Below are positions 22,863 through 32,594 of a DNA stretch of 64,000 nt, piece after piece. The DNA lies in assembly GCA_963804455.1 (NCBI GenBank), contig CAWDRD010000125.1, positions 29,057 through 93,056 of the forward strand, in the 5' to 3' direction. Below the pieces are notes generated by a model. That model saw nothing but the letters and a program-made list of their open reading frames with translations, was not told the DNA's origin and made no database searches. Position numbers and translations under genes: made by a program. Source of the stretch: an uncultured Actinomycetes bacterium. Lineage in GTDB: Bacteria; Actinomycetota; Actinomycetes; Streptosporangiales; Streptosporangiaceae. The stretch's first letter is position 1. Every line of letters begins with the position of its first letter.

Positions 22863-23057
22863 TCAGCGAACGCCGTTCGTCGGCCTCGGCCAGCGGTTAG
22901 TCCACCGCTCGGTGCAACTCCGGGTGTCCTGGCAATACCAGCGCACATCGGTGCAGGCATTGCCCCCGTCAGCTATCATCCGGTCGGCGGGCATGCGGGT
23001 GCCGCACATCCAGCAGGACTCGACACCAGGAGACCCGGCCAGCGTCGCGGTGGTCAT
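22863..23057 (-). CDS. hypothetical 64-aa Cys/Trp-rich protein (CxxC...C...C...C), in frame with and 8 codons upstream of the PIN remnant
   Basis: MTTATLAGSPGVESCWMCGTRMPADRMIADGGNACTDVRWYCQDTRSCTERWTNRWPRPTNGVR. Third-codon-position GC about 80%, consistent with coding. gagagag / ggaggtg upstream. Confidence 0.3.
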   Translation of the reverse strand: MTTATLAGSPGVESCWMCGTRMPADRMIADGGNACTDVRWYCQDTRSCTERWTNRWPRPTNGVR

Positions 23058-23521
23058 ACGCTCTCTCTCAGCCAAGATCAGTTCACCTCCAGGACCAGGT
23101 CGGTCGCGATCCCGGGAAGACCTGAAAGCGGGCACGAACCAGCGCAGCGTCCCCGGCTGGCTCGACAACCGCCCTCGGGCAGTCTCGCATGCCAGCGACC
23201 CGCGGTCCACCGGATCTGCGATAGACGGCCTGGTCAGCAGCCCGCCCAGGCTTCGCCAGCCGCAGGTGGGCGGGCTTGCAACTGTGAGCGTTAGTCACAA
23301 CCGACTAGCGACCACGGGCCGCGCGCGTCCGTGCGAGCGGTCGGTGCGCAGGTCACAGCAGAGGTGAGCGGTGGCGGATCATTTGAATAACGCGACCTTT
23401 GAATAAGACACTGTGAAAATTCCTTCAGCAAAGCCGCAGCGCCGGCTGAGCTTCAGGGAGCAGGCTGCTGCCGCGGCCAACGCTGGGCGCGATAATCCGT
23501 CCCCCTGATGGAGGTACCGCA

Positions 23522-25726
23522 GTGTCCCTGGCACTCGCGGATCCCCCGGCGCTGTCTGCCTGCGAGGATCCGGCCCCTGGCGCCCCCCGCCACCACTGGG
23601 CGTTCTGGCGGTCGCCACCCGGCCAGCCCGGCTGGGCGCGACCCGCGCTGCTCGGCATCGGGGCGCTGGCCGCGCTGCTCTACGCCTGGAACATCACCCA
23701 GGCCGGGCTGGCCCCGTTCTACTCGGTCGCGGTCAAGAGCATGTCCGAGAGCTGGCACGCGTTCTTCTACGGCGCTTTCGACCCCAATTCCACGATCACG
23801 ATCGACAAACTGGCCGGGTCCTTTCTGCCCCAGGCGCTGTCCGCGCGGATCTTCGGCTACCACCCCTGGTCGCTCGCGTTGCCGCAAGTGATCGAGGGAG
23901 TGATCACCGTCCTGGTGATGTACCGGGTGGTCCGCCGCTGGGCCGGGGTAGTGCCCGGACTGCTGGCCGCCGGGATCTTCGCGCTCACCCCGATCGCGGC
24001 GTCCATGTTCGGGCACAGCATGGAAGATGGCGCGCTGACCATGTGCCTGGTGCTGGCCGCGGACGCCTACCAGCGCGCGGTGATGACCGCGCGGCTCCGG
24101 CCGCTGGCCGCCGCCGGGGCCTGGGTCGGCGTGGGCTTCCAGGCCAAGATGCTCGAGGCGTGGATGATCCTGCCCGCGCTGGCGATCGGATACCTGGTCA
24201 CCGCGCCGGCCGGGCTGCGCCGCCGGTTGTGGCATCTTAGCGTGGCCGGGGTGGTCATGCTCGCCGTGTCGCTGTCCTGGATCGCCCTCTACACGCTGAC
24301 TCCGGCCCGCGACCGGCCGTACGTGGACGGCTCGCTGGACAACAGCGCCGTCGCCATGGTGTTCGGCTACAACGGCCTGGAGCGCTTCGGCATCACCGTG
24401 CCCGGGGCGGTCACCTCGGCGATCGGCGGGGTACGGGCGCGCGGCTTCCCGGCCGGCGGCCGGTTCCCGGCCGGCGGCCGGTTCCCCGGCGGCCAGTTCC
24501 CGGGCGGCGGCCGGTTCCCGAGGGGCGGGGAACCCACCGGCGGCGGAGGGCCCGGGCCGGGCCTGACCAGCCGGGGCGGCGCCAACGTGGGCGGGTTCAC
24601 TGGGAACTCGGGCGGCTGGACCAAGCTGATCAGCGACCGGTTCGGCCCGGAGATCGGCTGGCTCTACCCGCTCGCCCTGGCCACGCTGGCCTTCGGGCTG
24701 CTCTGGCGGCGCCGCGCCGGGCGGGCCGATCCGGTCCGCGGCGGGCTGCTGATGTGGGGCATCTGGCTGCTCACCATCGGCGCCGTGTACAGCAAGATGA
24801 GCACGATCCCGCATACCGCTTACATGTCGGCGCTGGCCCCGCCGATCGCAGCCCTGTCCGGCGCCGGGATCGTGATGTTCTGGCACTGGTACCGGTCACC
24901 TGGCTGGCGCGCCTGGGTCCTCCCGGTGCTGGTCGCCGTGCAGCTGGCCTGGGCCTTCTTCCTGTGGCGGCACTACCTGGGCTTCCTGCCCTGGGCCCTC
25001 GGCGCCGCGGCCGTGGCGGGCGCCGCCGCGGTGATCGTGCTGGTGGTGGCCCGGCTGTCCCGGCGGGCCCGCAGCGGCCTGGCCACGGCCGGCCTGGCCG
25101 TGGCGGTCGCGGCCATCCTGGCGGCCCCAGCGACCTGGGCCGCGTCCGTGCTCGACGCCCGCTACGCGGGCAGCTCATTCGACGCCAGCGCCGGCCCGGC
25201 AGGCGGGTTCGGCGTAGCGGGCCCGGGCGCAGGCCGCGGCGGGGGCGGCGGGATCCTGGCCACCGCGACGACCACGCTGACCGGCACGCAGCAGCGGCTC
25301 TTCAGCTACGTCAGCGCGCACTCCGGCGGCGCCAGCTACCTGATGGCCGTCTCGTCCTGGTCGGAGGCAGCGCCCTACATCCTGTCCACCGGCCGGGAAG
25401 TGCTGCCCCTGGGCGGGTTCAGCGGCAGCGTGCCAGAACCCACGCTGGCCCGGGTCCGCCAGCTCGTCCGGACGGGCCAGCTGGCATTCTTTTTCCTCAA
25501 CGGTGAGGTGGGCTCAGGCTTCCCCGGCGGGGGCGGCTCTGGACCCGGGACCGGCCGCAACAGTAGCGACGCCCAGCAGATCACCAGCTGGGTGGAGTCG
25601 GCGTGCCGCCAGGTTCCCGCCGCGGACTACGGCGGTACGGCCAGCACCCCGGGCCTCGGGTCGCCGTTCGGCGGCGGCTTCGGCACCGGTTCCGGGACGC
25701 TCTACGCCTGCGCCCGCAGCGCCTGA
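23522..25726 (+). CDS. GT-C fold glycosyltransferase (GT39/ArnT/PMT-like) with Gly-rich loops
   Basis: 734 aa with about 12 TM helices. N-terminal region (YAWNITQAGL...DKLAGSFLPQALSARIFGYHPWSLALPQVIEGVITVLVMYRVVRRW) typical of ArnT/PMT_2-like mannosyl/arabinosyl transferases. Confidence 0.75.
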   Translation: MSLALADPPALSACEDPAPGAPRHHWAFWRSPPGQPGWARPALLGIGALAALLYAWNITQAGLAPFYSVAVKSMSESWHAFFYGAFDPNSTITIDKLAGSFLPQALSARIFGYHPWSLALPQVIEGVITVLVMYRVVRRWAGVVPGLLAAGIFALTPIAASMFGHSMEDGALTMCLVLAADAYQRAVMTARLRPLAAAGAWVGVGFQAKMLEAWMILPALAIGYLVTAPAGLRRRLWHLSVAGVVMLAVSLSWIALYTLTPARDRPYVDGSLDNSAVAMVFGYNGLERFGITVPGAVTSAIGGVRARGFPAGGRFPAGGRFPGGQFPGGGRFPRGGEPTGGGGPGPGLTSRGGANVGGFTGNSGGWTKLISDRFGPEIGWLYPLALATLAFGLLWRRRAGRADPVRGGLLMWGIWLLTIGAVYSKMSTIPHTAYMSALAPPIAALSGAGIVMFWHWYRSPGWRAWVLPVLVAVQLAWAFFLWRHYLGFLPWALGAAAVAGAAAVIVLVVARLSRRARSGLATAGLAVAVAAILAAPATWAASVLDARYAGSSFDASAGPAGGFGVAGPGAGRGGGGGILATATTTLTGTQQRLFSYVSAHSGGASYLMAVSSWSEAAPYILSTGREVLPLGGFSGSVPEPTLARVRQLVRTGQLAFFFLNGEVGSGFPGGGGSGPGTGRNSSDAQQITSWVESACRQVPAADYGGTASTPGLGSPFGGGFGTGSGTLYACARSA

Positions 25727-25748
25727 CCCGGCGGCAGGCCCCCTGCCG

Positions 25749-27257
25749 TCAGCGGCGGAGCGGGTCAAAGCTGACGTCAGCCCAGGCGGCGCGGCGCGGG
25801 CTGGGCGGCTCGGTGACGAGCCGGTCGGCCAGGTCCCAGATGTGTACCGGGGTCTGTGTGCTGGTCACCGGCGGCCAGCCCGGGCCAGCCCCGCTGGCAA
25901 ACGCGACCCAGCTGCCCATCATGCGCTCGGCCAGGGCCAGCTCGGCCCGGTTCGGCGGGCGGTTCAGCATCCGGCCGGCCACCGGGCCGTCGACCGGGTC
26001 GCCGAACGCGAACGGCAGGTCCGATCCGTGGGTGGCGCCCAGCACCCCGTCGGCGACCGGGCTGTGCCAGCCGAACCGGGCCAGGTACGCCTCACCGCCG
26101 GCCCGGGCCTGTGCCTCAGCCAGCCTGCTGGTGTACTCGCCGAACAGGTAATCGGTGCCGAGCATCTGGTGCAGCGTCACCACCGGCGTGTCCGGGGCGG
26201 CGGTGCGGCGGTACTCAGCGAGCCTGCCCGGCCGCAGCCCGAACCCGGCCCCCGCCGCCGCCAGCTGCGATTCGGTGGTCACCTCCGGGGCCATCCCGTG
26301 GATGGTGAACATGCTGAACTCATCGAGGGTGTGCGTGGCGAGCAGCGGGACCTGCCGGGCGGCGCCCGCGGCCACGGCGGGCAGCGGCGCGGCAGGCAGG
26401 ATGGTGCCGTCGATCACCGGGTTATAGATGGTCGGGAAGTAACGGCGGGTGCCGTTCCGGGCCTCGGCCAGGAACCGGCGGTCCACGGCCTCGGAGGCGG
26501 CCACGATCGCCGCGTCGCTCAGGCCAGCGAAGCCCGCCAGCGTGGGCGCGGCCCCCGCGGCGGCGGCGACCTCCTGGCCGATCGCCCGGGCGAGTTCCAC
26601 CGTGAAGTACTCGCTGGGCACGCTGTGCATGATGGCCCGGCGGGCCAGGCCCGCGGCATCCGGCATGACCAGCAGCGAGGCAACACTGCCCGCCCCGGCC
26701 GACTGGCCCCCGGCGGTGATCTGGCCCGGGTCGCCGCCGAACGCGCCGATGCTGCGCCGGGTCCAGCGCAGGGCCGCGAGCTGGTCCAGCAGGCCGCGGT
26801 TGGCGGGAGCGCCGGGCAGCTGCCCGAACCCGTGGAAGCCGACCCGGTAGTTGAAGGTGACCACCACCAGCCCGGCGCGTACCAGCTGGTAGGGCAGGAA
26901 CACGTTGGCGTATCCGACCCGGTAGGCGCCACCGTAGATCCAGAACAGGACCGGGCGCGGTGGTCCTGGCTCCGCCGGGACCCAGACGTTGACGGTCAGC
27001 GGGTTTCCGCTGTCCTCCGGCGTCCAGACCGGGTTGCCCGGCATCGGGGTCACCAGTTGCGCCGGGATCGGCCCGAAATGCGTCGCAGCGCGAACGCGGC
27101 GCCACCGCCGCGGCGGCCGCGGGGCCGCGAAGCGCCCGGCCCCGCGGGGCGCGGCCGCGTACGGGATGCCGCGGAAGGCGACCACGCCGGCGGCGGCCAG
27201 CGCGCCGCGGACCGGGCCATCCTGGGTGACGACGACATGCTCCTCAGCGGCGGCCAT
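25749..27257 (-). CDS. type-B carboxylesterase/lipase
   Basis: ...GIPYAAAP..., FWIYGGAYRVG, nucleophile elbow GGQSAGAGS (GxSxG), about 500 aa. Confidence 0.85.
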   Translation of the reverse strand: MAAAEEHVVVTQDGPVRGALAAAGVVAFRGIPYAAAPRGAGRFAAPRPPRRWRRVRAATHFGPIPAQLVTPMPGNPVWTPEDSGNPLTVNVWVPAEPGPPRPVLFWIYGGAYRVGYANVFLPYQLVRAGLVVVTFNYRVGFHGFGQLPGAPANRGLLDQLAALRWTRRSIGAFGGDPGQITAGGQSAGAGSVASLLVMPDAAGLARRAIMHSVPSEYFTVELARAIGQEVAAAAGAAPTLAGFAGLSDAAIVAASEAVDRRFLAEARNGTRRYFPTIYNPVIDGTILPAAPLPAVAAGAARQVPLLATHTLDEFSMFTIHGMAPEVTTESQLAAAGAGFGLRPGRLAEYRRTAAPDTPVVTLHQMLGTDYLFGEYTSRLAEAQARAGGEAYLARFGWHSPVADGVLGATHGSDLPFAFGDPVDGPVAGRMLNRPPNRAELALAERMMGSWVAFASGAGPGWPPVTSTQTPVHIWDLADRLVTEPPSPRRAAWADVSFDPLRR

Positions 27258-27387
27258 GCTCCTAGGGTGTCATTACGCCAGCCCCGGAGTTAGCGCGTAG
27301 TTCCCCCCAGGCTCTCAAGGCCGATCATGTTTGCCCTGGTCATAGAGCTTCAGGTGCCGGACTTACCTGCCTACGTAGTCATGTGCG

Positions 27388-27427
27388 TCCACGTTTTCCC
27401 TGGTGAACATGGGTGTCAGCTCATCCG
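27388..27427. promoter_or_regulatory. possible PHO-box-like element (GTTCACC core on minus strand) in the esterase/phosphoesterase divergent promoter
   Basis: ggtgaac at about 27403-27409 is the reverse complement of GTTCACC, with a degenerate 7-mer neighbour. About 90 bp upstream of the phosphoesterase start. Confidence 0.25.
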
Positions 27428-27499
27428 GGGGGAACTACGGATTAGCGCGGTCTGGCATGAGACGATCAGCGCAGCCGATCGATCAGGGGGTGCGGGCGG

Positions 27500-28954
27500 G
27501 TGATCGCGGAACTGCTGGAACGGCGCGAAGTTGACCGGCTCTACCGGCGCAAGGCCAAGCGGCCGGCCCGGGACCGGCCCGACCCGGACCAGCCGGCCGG
27601 AACCGACCTGCTGCCGCAGATCAAGCACATCGTGGTCCTCATGATGGAGAACCACTCCTACGACAACTACCTGGGCATGCTGTCCGGCCGCGGCGAGGGG
27701 TTCCCGCTCGGACCGGACGGCACCCCCGCCGTGGCCAACCCGCGGCCGGGTGGCGGCACCGTCCCCGCGCACCAGCTGGCGTCTGTGCTGCAGGAGGAGC
27801 ACGTCCCCACGCAGAGCTGGCACGCCAGCCACCTGCAGTGGGACGACGGCCGGTGCGACGGGTTCGTGCGCAGCGCCGCGGCCCTGGCCCCGGGCACGGA
27901 CCCCACGGTGCCCATGGGCTACTGGTCCGAGAAGGATCTGCCGTTCTACTACGGGCTGGCCCGGACCTTCCCGCTGGCTGATCGCTGGTTCTGCTCCTGC
28001 TTGGGCCCGACGTTCCCGAACCGGCGGTTCCTGCTCGCCGGGACCGCGCACGGGCTGATCGACGACCTGCCCTTCGGCATGTTCGACCACCCGCCGGATG
28101 GGCTGATTTTCGACATGCTGACCAGGCACGGTATCTCCTGGACCAACTATCACAACGTGACCAAGGCCAGCGTGGTGCTCAAGCGGCTCCTGGGTGGCCG
28201 CGGGCTGGTCGTGGCCCGGCGGCTGGCCGCGCTCGGCCGGTGGTTCCCGCCGCTGATCCACACCGTGCAGGGCAACAAGTCGTTCACCGCGGACCTCTAC
28301 CCGCTGGGCCTGGCGCGCTGCCTGCTGCACCTGCGGACCGCGGACCAGTTCTTCGCCGACGCGGACAGCGGCTCGCTGCCCGCGTTCAGCATCGTGGACC
28401 CGGACTTCGGGACCTTCTCGGAGGAGAACCCCCAGGACATCCGGAAGGGCGAGAGTTTCGCCGCCGAGGTCATCCAGCGGGTGATGCACGGCAAGGGCTG
28501 GCCGCACACCCTCCTCATCTGGACCTACGACGAGCACGGCGGCTACTACGACCATGTCCCGCCGCCCGCGGCGGTGCCGCCCGACGATGTGCCCGGGCAC
28601 AGCCTGCTGGCCCGGCCGCCAGAGTGGCTGCAGGCCGTGCTGCGGCCGTTCTTCGCCCAGGAGATCGCGGAGGCGGAAGCGGCTGACGCTGGGCCGGTGC
28701 ACTACGACCGGTACGGCTTCCGGGTCCCGGCGGTGATCGTTTCCCCGTACGCCCGGCCCGGTCATGTGTGCAGCACGGTGCTCGATCACACATCGATCCT
28801 CAAGCTGGTCGAGGAGAAGTGGAATCTGCCCCCGCTGACCGCGCGGGATGCGGCCGCGTGCTCTCCGCTGAGTGCGCTGGACCTGACTGGGCCGCCCGCG
28901 TTCCTGGAGCCGCCCGCGCTGCCTGCGCCCAGCCTGGCCTGGGGTTGCTGGTAG
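27500..28954 (+). CDS. phosphoesterase-family protein (PLC / acid phosphatase AcpA-like)
   Basis: IVVLMMENHSYDNYLGM motif of the phosphoesterase family. GTG start with aggggg RBS. Confidence 0.85.
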   Translation: MIAELLERREVDRLYRRKAKRPARDRPDPDQPAGTDLLPQIKHIVVLMMENHSYDNYLGMLSGRGEGFPLGPDGTPAVANPRPGGGTVPAHQLASVLQEEHVPTQSWHASHLQWDDGRCDGFVRSAAALAPGTDPTVPMGYWSEKDLPFYYGLARTFPLADRWFCSCLGPTFPNRRFLLAGTAHGLIDDLPFGMFDHPPDGLIFDMLTRHGISWTNYHNVTKASVVLKRLLGGRGLVVARRLAALGRWFPPLIHTVQGNKSFTADLYPLGLARCLLHLRTADQFFADADSGSLPAFSIVDPDFGTFSEENPQDIRKGESFAAEVIQRVMHGKGWPHTLLIWTYDEHGGYYDHVPPPAAVPPDDVPGHSLLARPPEWLQAVLRPFFAQEIAEAEAADAGPVHYDRYGFRVPAVIVSPYARPGHVCSTVLDHTSILKLVEEKWNLPPLTARDAAACSPLSALDLTGPPAFLEPPALPAPSLAWGCW

Positions 28955-29188
28955 CCGCCCGTGGGCGGCCCGGCCGGCGGGCGGCAGCATCCGGCCCGGG
29001 CCCTGGCCAGCAGACAAAGGGCCGTATCCGCAAAAGGCGGGTCACTCCGGCACCGTCAGCAGCGCGGTGATGTAACGGAAGTCCCGCCCGCTGGCCTGGT
29101 ACCCCGCACTGGTCAGCGAGCCGACCGGCGACCCTGTCGCCTGCGCCTGGCCGAAGCCGCGTCCCCGAGCTGTCCCCCGCCCCGCGCA

Positions 29189-30484
29189 CTACGAGCCGCG
29201 GGAACCGCCGCCGGTCGGCACGGTGCGGCCCTTCCATTCGCCGCCCCGCCCGGCGTGGTGCCGCCGGGCAGAATCAACGGTCATGCCGGCGTACAGTAAC
29301 GCGACAGCGGGCAGGGCCGGGGCCCGCCAGGCTGGCAGCTGGTACAGCCGCAGCACCGGCAGGTAGCTGATCGTCATCAGCGCCCAGGCCGCCAGGCCGG
29401 CCGCGGCGCACCAGGCGGACGGGCTGCCGGCGCCAGCGGCCAGACCGGCCAGCCCGGCTACCGCCGCGACCGGGGGCAGCGCATACAGCCAGAGCAGCCC
29501 GGCGATCGTGCCCGCCAGCAGACCCGGGGAATAGCGCAGCTGGGTGTACGCGCTGCGCGCGACCATGTCCCACAACCCGGCCAGCCGCGGGTACGGCCGG
29601 CGGCTGCGCACCTCGGTGGTGAAACCCAGCCAGCACCGGGCCCGTGTGGGCGGGCGCTTCAGCAGGCGGCCCAGCGCCACATCGTCGATCCGGGCGCCCC
29701 GGATCGGCGCCAGGCCGCCCGCGCCGGCGAGCACCTCCCGGCGCACCAGCATGCAGCCCCCGGCCGCGGCCGCGGTCCGCGTCCCGGGCCGGTTGACCCG
29801 GCGGAACGGGTAGAGCTGAGCAAAGAAATACACGAACGCGGGCACGATGAAGCGCTCCCAGCCGGTGTCCGCCCGGAGCAGGGCCATCTGCGAGACCAGG
29901 GCCCGGTCATCCGCCACGGTCGCACGGACCAGCGTGGCCAGCGTGCCCGGCGCGTAACTGATGTCGGCGTCGGTGAACAACAGGTAGTCGCACGCCCCGG
30001 CGGCCGCCGTGCCCTGCGCCATCGCGTGCACCTTGCCCGCCCACCCGGGGGGCGGCGAGTCCGCCCGGACCACCCGGACCTCGTGCCCGGCCCCCGCACC
30101 GAGCGCGGTGGCGATGGCAGCGGTGCCGTCCGTGCTCGCGTCATCCACCAGCACGACCGCGAACGGCCCCGGGTACTCCTGCGACCGCAGGGTGGGCAGG
30201 GTGACCGGGAGGATGGCGGCCTCGTTCCGGGCGGGTACGACCGCCACCACACTCGGCCATTCAGCCGCGTCCCCCGCGCCACCCGGTACGCCCGCGCCAG
30301 CCGGTACGCCCGTGCCAGCCGGTACGCCCGCGCCACCCGGTACGCCCGTGCCACCCGGAGCGTCCCGGCCCGCACGGGCCGCCGCTGGCAGGCGCTGGCT
30401 GGTTTGCCAGTACCCGCCGTGTGCGGTCAGCAGGTAGGCCCACGCCAGCGCGGCGAGCACGGCAAAGCCAGCCAGGATCGGCAC
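29189..30484 (-). CDS. family 2 glycosyltransferase with N-terminal TM and (PGxGV)n repeat
   Basis: VVAVVPARNEAAILPVTLPTLRSQ...VVLVDDASTDGT...FTDADISYAP GT2 signature. 15-bp tandem repeat x5 at about 30282-30358. Confidence 0.8.
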   Translation of the reverse strand: MPILAGFAVLAALAWAYLLTAHGGYWQTSQRLPAAARAGRDAPGGTGVPGGAGVPAGTGVPAGAGVPGGAGDAAEWPSVVAVVPARNEAAILPVTLPTLRSQEYPGPFAVVLVDDASTDGTAAIATALGAGAGHEVRVVRADSPPPGWAGKVHAMAQGTAAAGACDYLLFTDADISYAPGTLATLVRATVADDRALVSQMALLRADTGWERFIVPAFVYFFAQLYPFRRVNRPGTRTAAAAGGCMLVRREVLAGAGGLAPIRGARIDDVALGRLLKRPPTRARCWLGFTTEVRSRRPYPRLAGLWDMVARSAYTQLRYSPGLLAGTIAGLLWLYALPPVAAVAGLAGLAAGAGSPSAWCAAAGLAAWALMTISYLPVLRLYQLPAWRAPALPAVALLYAGMTVDSARRHHAGRGGEWKGRTVPTGGGSRGS

Positions 30485-30493
30485 CCGCCCAGC

Positions 30494-31341
30494 CTAGACC
30501 GCGGCGCCCCTTCCATGATCATGAGGGGCTGGCGGCGGTCCCCCGGCCGGGGCCGATCCGGGTGCGGGGCGTCCGCGCGCGGCGGGGTCTTCGTCGCCGC
30601 TGAGGTGCTGGCGGAGGAACTGGATCGCGTTGCGCACCTCGGCGGGCGGGATCTGGAGGTGCCCGCCCGGGTTGGCGTGCAAGGTCTTGTCCGGGGACCC
30701 GAGCAGGTCGAAGAGCGCGAGCCCGTCCCCCCTGGGGAACAGCTCGTCGTCCCATTGCAAGAGGTACAGGACCGGGATCGTAACCTGCCGGGCAGCGGTG
30801 GCGAAGGCGGATGTGGACGCCGCGGCTGGATGCCCGAACAACCCGAACACGGCGGCGGTGATGCGGGGCTCGGCGGCTGCGAGCGGGATGCCGAACCGTG
30901 TTCCCATGGAGAGCCCGAGGTAGCCGACCGGGCCGGCGGCCCCGCCGCAAGCTGCTGCACGGCGTCGATGGCCGCCTGCCAGTCGGCCACGGCCTGGGCG
31001 GTGGACCGAGAGTTGCGCTCGCGCCAGGCGGCCAGGCCCATGCGGCTACGGCGCTCGAGCGGGGAGAGCCCTATCTCGTCAGCGGGGGTTCGGTCGCCGT
31101 GGTAGGGCAGGTCGATGGCGACCGCCCGGTAACCTGGGCCGCTGGCCAGCCAGCGGCCCAGCCGGGCGACGAACGGGGCTTCCTTGTGCATGCCGCCGCC
31201 GTGCCCGAGCAGCACCAGCGGCCGCGGCCCGGCCGGGCGTCCGGGCAGCCAGACGACTGCGGGAACCGGCCCATCAGGCCCCGGGACAGAAAGGGGCAGC
31301 CGGGTCACATCGGCCTCTGCCGCTGGTCCGGGAGCGGTCAC
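30494..31341 (-). CDS. alpha/beta hydrolase (dienelactone-hydrolase-like), frame break near 30900
   Basis: N-terminus ...VVWLPGRPAGPRPLVLLGHGGGMHKEAPFVARLGRWLASGPGYRAVAIDLPYHGDR in ORF 30427..31341. C-terminus ...IPVLYLLQWDDELFP...GGHLQIP in ORF 30494..30907. Confidence 0.6.
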
Positions 31342-31418
31342 TGGGGCACTCCTTGCTGGTCCGCCGCATGTGCCGGTGAGCGAAATCCTGGGCCTGGCCG
31401 CGCGGCGCGGCCGCGCAG

Positions 31419-32582
31419 TCAGGAGCGGGAGCGGCCATCCTGGGGGCTGTCCGGGATCCGCACGACCTCGGCCGTGGCCTCTGGCCGGGTGGGCGCCTCC
31501 GGTCCGGTGGCGAGGTTCTTCTTGACCGAATCGAGGATGGTCAGCCCCTGGCTGACCAGGCCGGCCGCGATCTCACTCAGCCCGTCGGCGCCGTTCAGCA
31601 CGTTGACGTTCGCCCCGGCCAGTCCGTTCGCTGCTTCCTTGACGATCTGCGGGAGCTGGTCGATGATCATCCGGTCCAGCGACACCCGGTCGTTCGAGGC
31701 CGCTGCCTCGGCCAGGATCCGCATCCGCTCAGCATCCGCCTTGGCCAGGACCCGCACCTTCTCCGCTTCCGCCTCGGCGGGCTTGATCACTTCGGCCACC
31801 AGCTGGCGCTCACGCAGCTCGGCCTGCCGCCGGGCCAGTTCCGCCTGGGCGTTGATGACCCCCATTTGCGCCTGAGCCTGGCTCAGCGGTCCAGCCTGGG
31901 CCGCCTGGGCCTGGGCCTGGTCGATCTCAGCCTTGTACTGTGCCTGCACCACGGCGGTCTGCCGAGCGTACTCGGCCTGCTTCCGCTGCGACTCCTGCTG
32001 TGCCTGGGCGGAGGCCTGGTTGGCCTGGGCCTGCGCGATCTGCGCTTGCCGCTGGATCGCGGCGTTGTGCGGGGCGGCCATCGCGTCGATGTAACCGGAG
32101 TTCATGTCGTCGATGGACTGGATCTGCAGCGAGTCGACGGTCAGGCCGATCTTGACCATCTCCGCCTTCGAGCCGTCGAGGACCTCACTGGCCAGCTTCT
32201 GCCGTTCGGTGACTATCTCCTCCACCGTCATGGAGCCGATGATGGAGCGCAGGTGGCCAGCGAAGATCCGGCCGGTGAGAGTGGACATCTGGTCCTGGTC
32301 GGACAGGAAGCGCTGGCCGGCGTTGATGATGCTCTCCTCGTCGTTGCCGACCTTGAACGCGATCACCGAGCGGACATTCAGCGTGATGCCCTGCTTGGTG
32401 ACGCACTGCTCGGCCACCTCCGCCTCGTTCATGGCGAGGGTCAGGTAACGGGCCTTGCGGAAGAACGGGAGTACGAAAGCGCCGTGCCCGGTGACGACCC
32501 GGAACGGAGCGCCGTTGCGGCTATGCCTGCCTCCGGAAATCAGCATGGCCTCGTCGGGCGCGGGGACGCGGTATCCGAGCAT
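31419..32582 (-). CDS. SPFH/band-7 flotillin-like protein (YuaG/YqiK type)
   Basis: GYRVPAPDEAMLISGG...FRVVTGHGAFVLPFFRKARYLTLAM, long Ala/Gln coiled coil (AQAQANQASAQAQQESQRKQAEYARQ...). Confidence 0.8.
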   Translation of the reverse strand: MLGYRVPAPDEAMLISGGRHSRNGAPFRVVTGHGAFVLPFFRKARYLTLAMNEAEVAEQCVTKQGITLNVRSVIAFKVGNDEESIINAGQRFLSDQDQMSTLTGRIFAGHLRSIIGSMTVEEIVTERQKLASEVLDGSKAEMVKIGLTVDSLQIQSIDDMNSGYIDAMAAPHNAAIQRQAQIAQAQANQASAQAQQESQRKQAEYARQTAVVQAQYKAEIDQAQAQAAQAGPLSQAQAQMGVINAQAELARRQAELRERQLVAEVIKPAEAEAEKVRVLAKADAERMRILAEAAASNDRVSLDRMIIDQLPQIVKEAANGLAGANVNVLNGADGLSEIAAGLVSQGLTILDSVKKNLATGPEAPTRPEATAEVVRIPDSPQDGRSRS

Positions 32583-32594
32583 GATGGTGCTCCT

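Noticed and set aside
22839-23060. Canonical VapB antitoxin upstream of the PIN fragment
   Set aside because: No AbrB/RHH/Phd-like peptide is encoded in any frame. Only the unusual Cys-rich mini-ORF is present, and it is reported separately as low confidence.
23379-23618. Minus-strand 79-aa and 77-aa ORFs overlapping the GT-C gene start
   Set aside because: They overlap the strongly supported GT39-like CDS on the opposite strand, and the proteins are low complexity.
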